Source: Schizochytrium sp. TIO01 (Eukaryota > Protista > Bigyra: Labyrinthulomycetes). Taken from it: DNA of 64,000 nucleotides. Under the pieces are notes generated by a model. It was given only the letters and a program-made list of their open reading frames with translations, made no database searches and was not told the DNA's origin. Shown here piece by piece: positions 25,173-37,686 of this stretch; positions within the stretch are counted from its first letter, which is position 1, and each line of letters opens with the position of its first letter. The stretch is from assembly GCA_004764695.1 (NCBI GenBank), contig SMSO01000034.1:1860001-1924000 (forward strand). The letters run 5' to 3'. Both the position numbers and the translations under genes were made by a program.

Positions 25173-27860
25173 TTAGTTGGCCTTTTGCTTAGCCTCGATG
25201 AGCACCCTCAAGAGCTCCTTAGCCGGACCTGCGGCAGGAGATTCAGGGGCGAGCTGCAGCAACGCAGTAAGTGCAATATCGATCTTTTGCTCAAGCATAA
25301 GGCGTGGGCCATCGCCGTTAGGCCACGACTCGGTGAGGTTGAGCAAGCATACTGTGACACGGTGCATAACATCAAGGTTTCCACTTGCCACAAGCTTGGC
25401 AAGAATTTCGATGGCGCTCTCGTCTTGCTCAGACATGGTCTTGGCAATGCGCTCATCCACAGACAGGTTTGCCAACGCGCCAGTGGCAGCGCAGGCAGTC
25501 GCAGGGTCCTCATCGTAAGACTGGGCAAAAAGAAGCCAGAGGCGCATCTTCTCCTTGCGTAAAAACCACTCAATGACCTCATCAGCAGGAATTAGATTGT
25601 TGATGGCCTCCGTGGCAGCACGTCGCACCATCAGGTTGTCATTGTACTGTGCATACTCGAAGGCCTGGATACCGTTGAGCTTGATAATACGCTGCTTGGC
25701 TTCCCAGCTCACAGTAGCAATGTTGGTGAGGGCCATGCAGCATTCAAAGACGACCAAGTCAGAGTCGCTGTGACGGACCTGTCGCACGAGGGGGCCAATA
25801 GTATCCATGAGCTGCTCGTCCTTCAGCATATGAGGGTTAGTCGTGACAAAGATTTTGCCCAAGGCATGCGCAGCGAACTGGCGAGTCTTGTCAGTGCCAC
25901 CATCGGTGAGCTTAAAAAGTGCTCGCAAAGCGCCTTGAGTGATCATAGCACTTCGTACGCTCTGAACAGTCGCAATATTGCAAAAAGCGCGAGCGGTAGC
26001 CTCACGCACACGATCAGAGCCCGAACCGTTCAAGACAAGATTGCGGAGTGCTGTAATACCCTTAAGCTTGACAAATGTCTCAATGCGGAAGCTGACCTGC
26101 TCAGGCGGGTCACGCTGACCGCTCTTTTTTGTTTGAGATTTGGTGAGCTTCTCAAACTGTTCCCACTGTTCCTCGGTGACCTCCATTTCGCGCAGCTTTT
26201 CACGGCGCTTGTCATCCTCGGACATGGTAATATTCTCAAAAAGAAAGGCTAAGCCGTAGGCGTAGCTTTGCTTGGCGCCTTGGTCAGCGAGCGCAATTAG
26301 ACGCTCCATGACCCTGATGCCTTCTCCCCTCATGAGCATCATTTTCACCTGAGAATCGTTAATCACAAAAGAAACCGCTTCGACACCCTTGATTTGCTCC
26401 TCGAGTGAAGACTTTTCCTGCAACAAACTGGCCACGGAGGAGAGAACGAAGACACCACTTTCAGAGTCAGCATCGAAGTCAATCGCGTTGAGCTTGGTGA
26501 GCGTCACAGCTGCAGCAGAGCGAACAGGCCCTCCTTCAGAAGTTGCCAGAAGCTTGAGAAGATCAGTGATGTCGCCCTTGAGGAGCTCGCGGCCTGGCTC
26601 TGAGTTTGCCATGTGTGAGAAAATGTCTGCAGCAAGAGCTTGAGCTCGTGTTGATCCTGACCGTGCAATATGAGCCAGGGGTGTGAGAAGATCCTCCTCC
26701 TTGACGAGCGCCAGACCAAGCTCTTTGTTGGCGTAATAAATTGCATCTAGAGCCGCTGCGCCTCGGATCTGCTCATGCACACCATGAGAGAGCAGCAAGG
26801 GTTTGCAGAACTCTACCGCATAGTCTTTGATGGCCTTGTCGTCATCCAGCGACGGTAACACCTGACCCAGCACCACACTGACCTGCTGCAGGGGTTCGTC
26901 TCGGTTGTAGTCTCGTTCAATCATGCTCATAAGCGCCCCGAGCCCTCCATGTTCAAAGAAACTCATAGACGCCTCCTTATTGTCTGAACACAAACGAACC
27001 GTTGCCTCAACTGCCACACGTCTCAGTCCTTCATCCTCTGCCCTCAGAGCCTTGACTACAAGACGAAGGACTCCACTCGCTTCCGTCGATTCTCCAGACT
27101 TTTCATCTTCTCTCTTTGCAAACCTCCAGAGCATATTCAGGCATGCTGCGGCTCCTGAGTCTCCCTCCTTCTCCTTTGTCTGAAGCACCAGGTCCTCCGC
27201 TGCCTGCAGGTCAACTGCGGCTCGGACGTGCTCCCAGCACGCGTCAACCTCTGCCATCTTGCTCAGGATCTTTAGTGCCATCGCGTCCCTATTCCGAATG
27301 CTCCAAAGCGTCTCGCACGCACCACGAGCGGCCATCGATGCCGCCAAGTGATCATCCTCAAGCAATGATCCCAAGATCTTTCGCAGACTCGATGTGCGCT
27401 CGCCTGCGTCGCAGGAGTCCTGTGCAGCTGTGTTTAGCACAGCGAGTGCCTGGGCGGAGGAGGAGCCCTTCTCGGTGGCCTGAGAGCGGAGGCGCAGCAT
27501 GAGTGCCTGTGCAGGCTTGTTGCCGGGATCGATCGTAAGCAGGCGGCGGAGGTCAAGCACAGAGGCCTCGAGATCATCAGAGGCGGCGAGAGCCTGGGCA
27601 CGGCGAAATAAAACCTTGACGTTGGAGGCGTCGATGGCGAGCGCCGCGGAGCAGTCGGAGATGCAGTCAGCCAAGAGATCAAGCTTGAGAGCGCAGGCTG
27701 CGCGATTGCTTAATAGCGCCACGCGAAGAGAGGAGGCATCTGAGGAGGGAAGCGAAGAGAGATCTGGATGGGAAAGAGCTTCGGCGTATACGGAGAGAGC
27801 TTCGGTGTACTGGCCGCTGGTGAACAGCTCGTTTCCGCGCGACTTCAATTCGACTGCCAT
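25173..27860 (-). CDS. UNC45: UNC-45 family myosin co-chaperone (N-terminal TPR, ARM central domain, UCS domain)
   Basis: ELKSRGNELF..GQY.EA TPRs, SNRAAC.LKL, KVLFRRAQA. UCS-like motifs AAHALGKI.VTTNP, FECCMALTNIA, VRRAATE.INNL and A.AATGALA.LS. Start at the ATG of MAVELK. Confidence 0.88.
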   Translation of the reverse strand: MAVELKSRGNELFTSGQYTEALSVYAEALSHPDLSSLPSSDASSLRVALLSNRAACALKLDLLADCISDCSAALAIDASNVKVLFRRAQALAASDDLEASVLDLRRLLTIDPGNKPAQALMLRLRSQATEKGSSSAQALAVLNTAAQDSCDAGERTSSLRKILGSLLEDDHLAASMAARGACETLWSIRNRDAMALKILSKMAEVDACWEHVRAAVDLQAAEDLVLQTKEKEGDSGAAACLNMLWRFAKREDEKSGESTEASGVLRLVVKALRAEDEGLRRVAVEATVRLCSDNKEASMSFFEHGGLGALMSMIERDYNRDEPLQQVSVVLGQVLPSLDDDKAIKDYAVEFCKPLLLSHGVHEQIRGAAALDAIYYANKELGLALVKEEDLLTPLAHIARSGSTRAQALAADIFSHMANSEPGRELLKGDITDLLKLLATSEGGPVRSAAAVTLTKLNAIDFDADSESGVFVLSSVASLLQEKSSLEEQIKGVEAVSFVINDSQVKMMLMRGEGIRVMERLIALADQGAKQSYAYGLAFLFENITMSEDDKRREKLREMEVTEEQWEQFEKLTKSQTKKSGQRDPPEQVSFRIETFVKLKGITALRNLVLNGSGSDRVREATARAFCNIATVQSVRSAMITQGALRALFKLTDGGTDKTRQFAAHALGKIFVTTNPHMLKDEQLMDTIGPLVRQVRHSDSDLVVFECCMALTNIATVSWEAKQRIIKLNGIQAFEYAQYNDNLMVRRAATEAINNLIPADEVIEWFLRKEKMRLWLLFAQSYDEDPATACAATGALANLSVDERIAKTMSEQDESAIEILAKLVASGNLDVMHRVTVCLLNLTESWPNGDGPRLMLEQKIDIALTALLQLAPESPAAGPAKELLRVLIEAKQKAN

Positions 27861-30800
27861 GACGACCACGTGGTTAGACGGATCGAAACAGAGGAAAGAC
27901 GCAGTTGCAATAAAAAGGCGGCAGTGACTTCTGCTGCTGCAACGACAACCACAACCACAACAAAATGGCTGCTTCTTCAAGAAGTTTGGGGTTTGGATGC
28001 CCGAGCGAGAACTTCGAGTTTTGGTTTGTCTGGGAAGTAGACGACAAGAACGAGCCTTTCCTTCCAGCTCAAATTTCTTACGATAGACGCCTCTGCAGAG
28101 TTCGACTCGTCGTAGAAGACAGAGAATGTATGACACTCGATCCACAAACAGAGGCTCAAAGTTGAGGTACAATCCCGCGCCTGCCCGAGACGAGTCTCGC
28201 GTGCTCCAACTTGGATCCGCAGCAATGCGCGCTTTTCAGTTTTGCCTGTCCAGCACTCCTACCATTAATCATATCACCACCCTAGCAGTTCTTTCAATTC
28301 TTTGCTTCGCCTTCTAAGGCCTGCTACCGAGGTACCTAGTTAGAAACTACCTACTCCAAGATCATGGTTGTGCAATTGCAAATTTATTTTTAATGAAAGG
28401 ACTATGCTACTTCTACCACGACTACTGCTCGCGCCTCTCACCTCCTCTTCGAAGGCCTTTGACTCTCTCTCTCTCTTCAAACGAGGAAGAAAGACATTTG
28501 CTATCACTCACTTAGCGGTGATTACTGATGATGTGCAAAAAGTTGTGCACTGCTGAGTTGCACACAATTTGCAAAAGCTCCATCTCAGCCAATTAGTTAT
28601 GAACTGGTCAGAGGCTGCCATTGTGATTCCCTTGACTCGGGCATGGGTTCAAGCAGAAGCAAGCGAGCCTCGATCTCAGTAGCTCGCAAGTCTCTGAGTT
28701 GTGAAAACTTGTGCAAGCCTAGTTTCACAATCTAAGAGACAAGTTGAAGCGGATAGGAAAAGAGGGGGAAAAGAAAATTGTCGCCCCCGTGTCGGCGAGA
28801 GAGGGAAGCGCTCACTTTCACATGAAAAATCTACTACTAGAGAGCGTGGATTCGAGAAGGACATCATGAAGCACGCTCCCTCATATCAAGCATGATCTCA
28901 GCAGCGAGTGCAATACGTTATTTGAAGCAATTGAAGCGGGCAGATAGGTCTAGAAGGAAATAAAATCTCCTTTCTTGTTTTTTGCCCAAAGCGGCCAGCT
29001 GAGCTAACATAAATCATTTGTTTACACAAGCACAGATGAAGCGCACGCCTTCAAATCTCGCGACCATTTTTGCCACTATCATTGCTAGCATCTGCATAGT
29101 TTAAAATGTGCGCGCCTATTATGGGTGACCCTGAGACATTTCACTCTCATGAATTAGTAGCGATTCTTAAAAATCAACTTACTAGGATGAAAAATCAACT
29201 CACAGCATCGCTCGACATCCTTAGGTGGGCATCATCCTGGGCAAAAGGATGGAAGTTTTCTAGGTTTTTCTAGTTGCCAGTTCACGGCAAGGCTAAAGAG
29301 TAAAAAAGGATCATGGATTTTATAGCCTTGTAGGGTTGTCGCAAAAAATTGTAACGAGCATAGACCAATAAAAGGTGGGTCTGACCAGACGTACCTGAAG
29401 CTACAAGCTTGCTATCAAACATGACTCATGGCAAAGTCTCCTCATACGTCCTCACAAAGGGTACAGCCAAGTGTCTAAATAACATCGATGAATGAATGAA
29501 AAGGCGTGCCTCTAGACGGCCTTGCCCATGCATGTTGGGGATAAATATATAAATTTCCTAGCCTTAATAAAGTCCACTCTTAATAGAAGTTCTTATTCAC
29601 CTACCTACCTTGTACTTGTCAATATATTTTCTAACCATTGATGTTCACCCTTCAGTTCATTTACTACACTAGTCGTTATGGACACATTTCTCGCCAGCAG
29701 AAGGGTGGATAGGCGTGCAAGAAAACGAAAATCTCAGTCAATCAAATGAAACCTTTTTATTGATTCTCGTCCTCGTTAACTTCAGTTTAGGTCGTATTGT
29801 AACGGTGATCACCACAGCGAAATAAAATAGATTTTATCTGTTAAGGTTATCAGTTCTTTTGGAAAACGACTGTATTCTCAAACGCTTCAAGTATGTCTCC
29901 AAGACAAACAAGGTGTAAAGAAGTTATCCCTCTCCTAGATCGCCGTGCATGGCCCCAGTGGGGTTTTGTTTCAGTTGTTTTCCATTGGAGGTTCTCATAG
30001 AACAGCTCTTAATCTCTCACAAATACAAAGGTGAAGAACTTGATGAAACCATCATTCGTCCTGTTGGTTTGTGCGCCCTCTTTTATATGGAAGGAAATCA
30101 TCTCAAAATCTATGGATTCAATCCCAGTGAGCTTGACCCAAGTTCCCACCCGCACATTACCAACGCTGTCAGCAGCAGTAGTAACATTGTCGTTGGAAAT
30201 GAAATCGGGCTCAGGATCAATCATGATCTGAGGAATTCTGGCGTACCCGTACTGGTTGCGTCGGCCGTCGAACATGAGATGTATGGTTGGCGACAGGTCT
30301 AAGCGATTATTGTCGTCGTCCTCGATGCCTATCTCCGCCACGCTGTCTTATGAACTAGGTGTGCGCAATCGACTGGAGCATGGCTAAGTACCCATGAGGT
30401 TCCATAGCGGAGTATATATACTATGCTATCGCTGTCGCCACAACGTTGGCAATTTGGCTCATCATCCGAACGATAGTCTCAGCCTGTGAATGTTCTGGAT
30501 GTTGGTAACGTTGACGACTTTGGGAGCACTCAGCTGGGCGTTTTCAGAAGGGAATCCAAGACCGATCGGCACGACATTGATGCAAAACAGAGCTGCATCT
30601 CGATGGGGGGTGAAGATAATCTCGAAAACCAGGTCCGTACTGTCATTTTCAATAGCTTTCTATGCGGTTCAAGCTCCATAATTTCGGTCCTCTCCGCAAA
30701 CCCAGCGATTTTGGATGCGATCGCGTACGCACGTCGTTGGCAATCTTACTACCCTTCAAACGACCACAAACCTTATAACGCTCCAGTTTGGTCTTTCTTG

Positions 30801-31542
30801 ACTTCACCTCGGCCACGGCCCCCTTCTGCGCTCCCTCTCTATACAAAGCTCCCACCAATTCGTTTCTAGAGAACAGCCTTTTCCTGGCGAAGCTCGGAGC
30901 ACTCCTTTTCAAGGTAATCGTAACACGCCACTGCCAACCCAAGTCTTTTCTGTTGGAAAGAATTGAGGTCGTTGAATGATCTACCGCCAGTTTCATCCAA
31001 CAGATCCCTTTCGGCCTCTACGTCAGAAAGCTGTTTCTAGACACGCTCAATCTCTAGGTCAAGGCATTATCTTCTTCCGCTGCAGCTAGCTAGCATAACC
31101 AGCTCGATGGCTTCATCACCTTCCTCCACTGTTGACAATTGTTTGCGGTATTCATTTCTGCCGCCTCCTCCTCACCCTTTTCCTTTTCCTTTACGACTGA
31201 TGAGGCAAGTCGTCCTTCCACTCCGATGGAGAGGTGCTCTGCTACACTTGTCTTGAGGCAAGGAAAGCGTCAATGCGGAACTGTGTTTTGTTAGGTTAGG
31301 TTAGATTAGCTTAGCACATATTCATACCCGCGCACAGAAACAAAGCTATTTGTCCACCCACCTCTTAACCTCACTATGTGCATTTGTCCTCACTTCCCCA
31401 ACTTCTTTCCGCCAAACCGTCCTTATCTCTTGACCATTCTGTGCAATTGTCACCATCTGATGGATGACCTTTTCCTCGCTTCCCAAGCTTTCATGTCCAT
31501 TTGTCAGAATGTGATAATAATAAGCTTTCCTTCATCCTCATC

Positions 31543-31543
<1 letters not shown>

Positions 31544-31587
<44 letters not shown>
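31544..31587. repeat. (GATA)n microsatellite
   Basis: About 11 units. Confidence 0.9.
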
Positions 31588-32306
31588 TAGAAGTAAGTGC
31601 TATCACAGCTAACTAACACGAACTTAGAAAGAACCAGTGAGGAACCGAGAGACCATCGAGGCACGGGCCTGAGTCAGGGACCGACTCCCGTTGCTCCCGC
31701 TTGCTTCTTTCTTCAAGTAGTTCTGTTGTTTGCCAACCCCGCACGCCGGCACGGGCTCCCGCTGGCTCAGGCAGGCGTCGCCTTGTGCAGCTGCAGCATT
31801 CGCGAGGGGAGGGATGGGCAATCAGCCAGCCCGCCCAGATTTCCAGTTCCTCCCTGCTGCGGCCGAAAACGTGCTCATCGAAGATCGCAAACTTAAAGCT
31901 TTGAACTTGATTTGATCGAAAGTTTTAACCTCTTCTCTCTGCTAGAGAGCTGGTAAGAGTACCTACCACGAGTAGGCTATCATTCATTCATTCAATCAAT
32001 CATTAAATCAATTAATCATTCATTCATTCATTCACTCATTGTATGATTGATTGTATGATTCATTCATTCATTCATTCGTACATACATTCGTACATACATA
32101 CATACAAACAAACAAATTTTCAAGTTTCTCTTCTTCATTTTAGAATAAAATAAAAGTATTAAGTTTACTTAAATATTTGCACACTTCAAAAGTACACTAG
32201 CACTGCATAATGAGCACTCTAGCACCTATGGACTAGGAGCTATTAGGCAGGGCTACCAGTAGCCAGCACTTGCAGGCAGAATCAATTTAAAAACCAAAGA
32301 CGATCA

Positions 32307-32345
<39 letters not shown>

Positions 32346-32779
32346 TAAGAGGCGGCTAGGGAGGTAGCTAAGGCAAGCTATGGGTACCCCAGCCTAGAGT
32401 ACTTGGTAGCTAGTGCTGGCTACTGTGCCCTTCTTCCTCCTCTGTTCCGGTCACCCTCGTTCATGAAAGAAACCAACGACACCAACAAAGCAGGATCATT
32501 CTCTGGAGGCACGCAGCGCGCGAAAAGACTGGGTTGCTTGGATATCCGCTTGACCACTCGCTTGATCATTCACCGCCAGCGAGCCAGCAGCTCTATTCGT
32601 GAGAGTGGTCTGGATTGCGAAGTTGGCACGTGCGGTCAGGTTGGTTTTATCAGTTGGCTTCAGAAGGACTTGGTTCAGGCCCTGAGTTAGTGTTCTGGGA
32701 GCACACAGACAACTATTGAGTCTGGACTTGACGCGAACCCTCTTGCATAGCCTGACTGCAATTGGAGCTGGTTGACACG

Positions 32780-34249
32780 ATGCGTGACCGCAAGGGGTCG
32801 ACTCGAAGGGTCTCCGTTCGCAGCAGCAGCCTGGGTGCGGTTCGCAGCGGCAGGGATCCTGGCCGGGGCTCTGAGAGGCGCGTGCGATTCTCCATGGCGA
32901 GTCCTGCACGCGCTCGCGGACGAAGCTTCGATGATGCTGGTACAGAGCTTGTGCGGAGAAGGCGTCGCAGCAGTAGCAGCAGCAACAGCTGCAGAGGTAG
33001 AAGCAGATATAGTTTGGACACAGGCACGCAGCAGAAAAACCTCAAGATGCAACAGCAGCAGCTGCTGCAACAGCGGCGGAGACAAACTCAAACTCAGAGA
33101 CTTGAAAAACAACAAAAGACTCAGAAACAACAGCAGAAACAACAGCAGAAACAACAGCAGAAACAACAGCAGAAACAACAACAAAAGACTGCAGCAGCAC
33201 GGAGGAAACGCAAGGCTCGTGCTAAGCAGCGTAGCAAAGCGGAGGACGAAGCGCTGAGACAGGAGAGCTGGGACTTTGCGTGCTGGAGGTGGTTTTGGGT
33301 CCTAAGCTGGCCCGTAATTCTTCCTGGTGCAGTTGCAATATATTTTATGTTCAGACGTGCACGTGCGGAAAACGAATCATGGATGACGTGGGGAGTGTAC
33401 TGGGAATCTCTCAGCGTATGGCTTTTGCATGAGCTCGGGTTCCGTGAGGATAGTAGTGGGGCAGCGCTCTTTCTGCAACTTCCCGGAACCTCGCCAATGA
33501 TACTTTTCCCTCTCAAAATGTGGCTGAGGGCTGCACGATTCTTGAGCAGACTCTGGATCGAACACAAGTTCTACGCAGACCCGCCTGGACAGCTGCACAG
33601 GAAGATGAGCCGCCTCGCGTTCATGGATAAAGCAGTGAATCAAGAAGACATTGAGCAGCTGGTCATCATTGGAGGCGGGCTTTCCACTTACGGATATAAT
33701 GAGACCTTCCTTGGGAAGCGCGTGCGTGCCGTCTTTGAGATCAACACAAAAGCCGTCCAATCAGCCAAGAAAAAGCTCATGCGTGCTGCCGGTGTACATG
33801 CGCGTCACGTGCACTTTGTACGGGCACAAAAGTCTATCGAAGACTATCACCGGTGGCTTGTCGATCTCGCATTAGCTGACTTTGATACGGAGGCGCGAAC
33901 TCTATTTCTTATCAATGAAAACATGTGGACTTGGTCTCCAGAATCTGCCGAACGACTTTTGGCTGAAATTGGTGAAATTATTGTTGTCCATCCAAGACAC
34001 ACTGTCGCGTTTGCCTATCTTGACGATTCTCTTGTAGACGAGGCTGGTGTACTGTCGCGCTTGCAACATGGTGCGTACCAATTCGGTTTACCTGAAGATT
34101 CTGAAGCTAAGTGGCTCGCTAAGCACGCTCATCTTGCACCATTAGAATACGCACACTTTGAGGATGAAGGTATGGGCCTTTTGATTTGCACATCGCCTCT
34201 AAATGTCCCAATTGACGGAAACACCAGACTGAATCCGTTGCAATCATAG
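32780..34249 (+). CDS. Leucine carboxyl methyltransferase (LCM)-like SAM-dependent methyltransferase fold with N-terminal low-complexity region and one predicted TM helix
   Basis: FMDKAV...EQLVIIGGGLSTYGY...VFEIN...KKKL...HFV...W..DL..A.FD...RTLFL follows the LCM/Ppm1-type motif order. Hydrophobic WFWVLSWPVILPGAVAIYFMF. 12-nt CAGAAACAACAG repeats encode QKQQ. Start codon uncertain. Confidence 0.6.
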   Translation: MRDRKGSTRRVSVRSSSLGAVRSGRDPGRGSERRVRFSMASPARARGRSFDDAGTELVRRRRRSSSSSNSCRGRSRYSLDTGTQQKNLKMQQQQLLQQRRRQTQTQRLEKQQKTQKQQQKQQQKQQQKQQQKQQQKTAAARRKRKARAKQRSKAEDEALRQESWDFACWRWFWVLSWPVILPGAVAIYFMFRRARAENESWMTWGVYWESLSVWLLHELGFREDSSGAALFLQLPGTSPMILFPLKMWLRAARFLSRLWIEHKFYADPPGQLHRKMSRLAFMDKAVNQEDIEQLVIIGGGLSTYGYNETFLGKRVRAVFEINTKAVQSAKKKLMRAAGVHARHVHFVRAQKSIEDYHRWLVDLALADFDTEARTLFLINENMWTWSPESAERLLAEIGEIIVVHPRHTVAFAYLDDSLVDEAGVLSRLQHGAYQFGLPEDSEAKWLAKHAHLAPLEYAHFEDEGMGLLICTSPLNVPIDGNTRLNPLQS

Positions 34250-35358
34250 CCTAGGTACAGTTGTAGTGGTGTTCAATGGCTGGTTTCTGCTAAGTTTTAC
34301 TGTTCTCATTTATTCTGTTCGCACATGTCATCATGGCTCCTGAACAAACCATCATTCACTTTACAGGACTGTCTTTTACTAAGCTTTCGTCCCTTACATT
34401 TCATTTGGCGTGATTAGATTTCTCCCCAAAGAGGAATGTTTGAATGGCATCAATTGTACCACTGGCACCAGTATATCTTTTTATAAATCTCCTCTTGTTT
34501 CATCATCGTTTAAGCTCCTTTAAAAGTACTAAATCAGTCTACAATTAAATTTATAATTGTAACCGCTGCGTTGCCCTTGTGCGAGAGGCTCTCTTGTCAG
34601 AGATTAAATTTTTAAGCATCGATAAACTATGATGGCACTGGTAAATGCTCATATTGATGGGCTTCCCCAATGTCACGGATTTTCCAAAAATTTATTTTGC
34701 GCAGTTGCTCCCAGCTGTCCAAACTGAGACAGCTACAGTTATTCTTTTCTTAGATATATATACATAATGTTTAATTCAATCTTTCTTCTACATAGAAATT
34801 TATATTTCCAGAGAAGATGTTCTACATGAGTGATTAACTCCAGTGTGGTCGTAATTTTTTGGCCCGGTTTTTGATGACTTTTGCAGAATTCTTAATCGAG
34901 AACATGACGGACGTTGGAGCTTCACTCCAAAACGACAATGAAGTTGGGATTTCACAAAGTCATAACGTTAATGCAGAAGAACATGGAACTCGATTTAAAC
35001 ATGCCAAGACCATAACTCGCCTCAAGGTTAACTGTGTTGGGTTCGTATATATGCACATATATATATTACTATTATACCTACGATAAAGTGCCTTACTCTT
35101 TTCTGGATACTATCTTTCGGGGTTCGAGTTCATAACTTCGTTCCTTGCCAGGTCTGGACAAGGTGATCGAAAATGACTACTTTTGAAGGTGTCGATGATC
35201 TTTTGAAAATTACATATTCATTTCCCAGGCTTTAACTACTGCGCAGGATTTTGCCCTGCGCAGTAGATTGCTTTAGCTAATCGTGAGGTGTTTATCATTG
35301 CAGTGCATAAGGCGAGTTTCGGCTATTTGTTTGCCGCCGTTAATATTGGTCGAAGGGT

Positions 35359-35892
35359 CTATTTCTTACTGCGCCGCTGTGCCGCCATGCGAGCACGTGC
35401 CTGAGCCTGTGTTTTGTCAGAATTGGCGCGGGAGTTATCCCCCTGATCTAAGGCCTGTGTTTCTGTAAAAGTTTGAGTTACCACGGAGGCCTTGCCAGTC
35501 CAAGCAATCGGGTGCTTATTGTAAACCTTCCAATCCGGCACACAGACAACCGTTGCTAGAGCTAAGCTGAATGCCCAGCCATAGAATGTAACACTAAAGT
35601 CCTGTGCTACAAAGCCAGCTCCAAAGCCTACAGCCTACGCGTTTTTATACGAAAACGATTTTCAGTAAGTTAGAGACTCTTTACTTCTTGTTCGAAGTTT
35701 GATAAATCATAGCATCAACTTACTCCCACAACAATAAAGATGAGCATGTAAATATACTCATTGAGTACCTGACCACGGTAGTCCTGTAGGCAGGATACTC
35801 TCGCAAGAAGCACGTTTTGTGCTTGAGGATTCCATGTGAGTTTGCCTGTTTTGGTTTACGCTTTAATGTTGGTTGTTCATGTCACGTACCAT
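35359..35892 (-). CDS. SPCS1: Signal peptidase complex subunit 1 (SPC12); 3 coding exons: 35890-35892, 35724-35783, 35359-35634
   Basis: Manual splicing (ATG|gtacgt...ctacag|GAC; GGA|gtaagt...cgtag|GCT) gives a 112-aa protein MDYRGQVLNEYIYMLIFIVVGAVGFGAGFVAQDFSVTFYGWAFSLALATVVCVPDWKVYNKHPIAW..., matching the SPC12 MD..GQ...TM-TM...P.W..Y..HP..W pattern. Confidence 0.9.
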
Positions 35893-37686
35893 CTTAGGTT
35901 GTGTTTGAGCTTTCTCGCAAAGAGGAGCAATCGTTCCACGTTCAACCCTCCCTGTCGTCGGCAACCACAGCAACGCGCGAAAGAAGCTGCTGCCAAACCC
36001 TCGGAAAGGGACCTGTTCGAACTTCTACTACTGTTGCTCTACTGGTCGCTTTCTCTGTGCGTTGTTTTTCTTGTGTTCTATCTTTTTATTTTTATTTATT
36101 TTTAAATATTTTTTTTGAGCTAGAGAGAGATTCATGATTCATTTTTTCTTTTCTTTTTTTAAGATACAATAAATGGAGTCAACTGGCCTTCCTCATGCTT
36201 GAGTTGGCTTAAGACTTCTGCACAATGCCGTTGATTCGAATGCTCAATCACCCTCTTGAACATTGATTTACAAGGCCTATAAACTTCACACACTAGCTGT
36301 GCATAAGTGCAATCTCGATGCTGATGTTGGTCCAAAATTTGATGTTAAGGAAGAGGCAGTCAAAATAAGACGTAGGCAAAACTCTACGTATGTTTGCACA
36401 GCAGCTTTCCATTTCTAATTCTATGCAGCATTTATTAATGCTTCGACCAGAATCTACGTATGTAAGCTCTGCTACATCGCAATTTACCCTCCAAATAATC
36501 AATCAGCTCGAAAACAGAGAAAGAGGAAACACACAATGAAGCGCGTCAGAGACCGCAATTCGCAGCACTGTTTTGAAGTCAGTCATGCTGCGCCTGTGTA
36601 AATGAACATTATACTACATTATATAGGACACCATTTTATGCGACCCAAATTTCAGACATCTTAGGCATACATACCACTATAGCATTGCCTTCGAGACCCA
36701 GGCGTTCTCATGGATCGGGTCATGTACGATCCGGATGACCAAACAATGAGGTGTGGTACAGGAAAAGACATAAAACATATATTGTTTCTCTGTTGCTGCA
36801 TTGATTACATACAAGGCAAACTTATCCAGAAGTATAAAGCTTAAACAGCGTTGCCCTCCAGGCGTTGCTTGTAAGAACAAAACCATTGAGGGTACGGCAA
36901 ACTCAGACTCTGGCTCTGTGAAAACTATGTTGTTCAAATCTGAGACTTCTGAGATGGAAAACACCCTACCACGATGATATAGAGATAGAACTGTTCGAAA
37001 GGTGTGCTGCCGCTTCCATTTTAGATTTCATCAAATAGTCGATCGCAAAGCCGGGCCTTTCCTCTAGTGAGATACTGTGGGACAGATTTTGATGTAGTAA
37101 CAGCAAACTATGTGGCCCAAAGATCTTGAAATGACTCAAACTCGAGCATGTATCTGAACGTGATATCTACACAGCTAGAGGCATCCATCTGCGATATTGG
37201 TCTAGCCAGAATTATGGATCTGAATCTAAACGCTGAGTCTTGTAAATGCTTTCGGGTATGCGCAAAACTCCATACGAGGTCAACATTAAGAACACCTTCT
37301 ACTCCCAATACTACTACTACCTAGGCGCTCTTTAGAACTTGGGCTGTACTGTTCTAATATCAATAGTAATAGTATATATTCAGTAACAGTAGTAGTAGTA
37401 GGAGCATGAGTAGTATTAGTACTAGCTACTAATTGTGCGGTACTTAGGTATAGGTAGGTACTGAATACCTACCCATGAGGAGGATTATATATTATAAATG
37501 AGCGAAGGAAGGCGAGTGAAGCCTGAGTAGAGGCAGCAGACTTGTATCATCTGAATCATCGTCTCGCTTTGTCGTAGAGGAAAAGGCAGCTAACTCATAA
37601 GTGGAGAAACGTGCGCAGAGAGTGCGTTGCTGAGAGCTGACGTTGAATCTACAGATAAATCTCGCAGAAACAAGGAGGGATAAAAG

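Noticed and set aside
27861-28172. 104-aa N-terminal extension of UNC-45 in the ORF track
   Set aside because: It begins at a non-ATG codon; the first ATG (27860) sits right at the TPR domain start.
35110-35140. GGTTCGAG B-box-like motif as a tRNA
   Set aside because: No cloverleaf or acceptor stem could be built around it.
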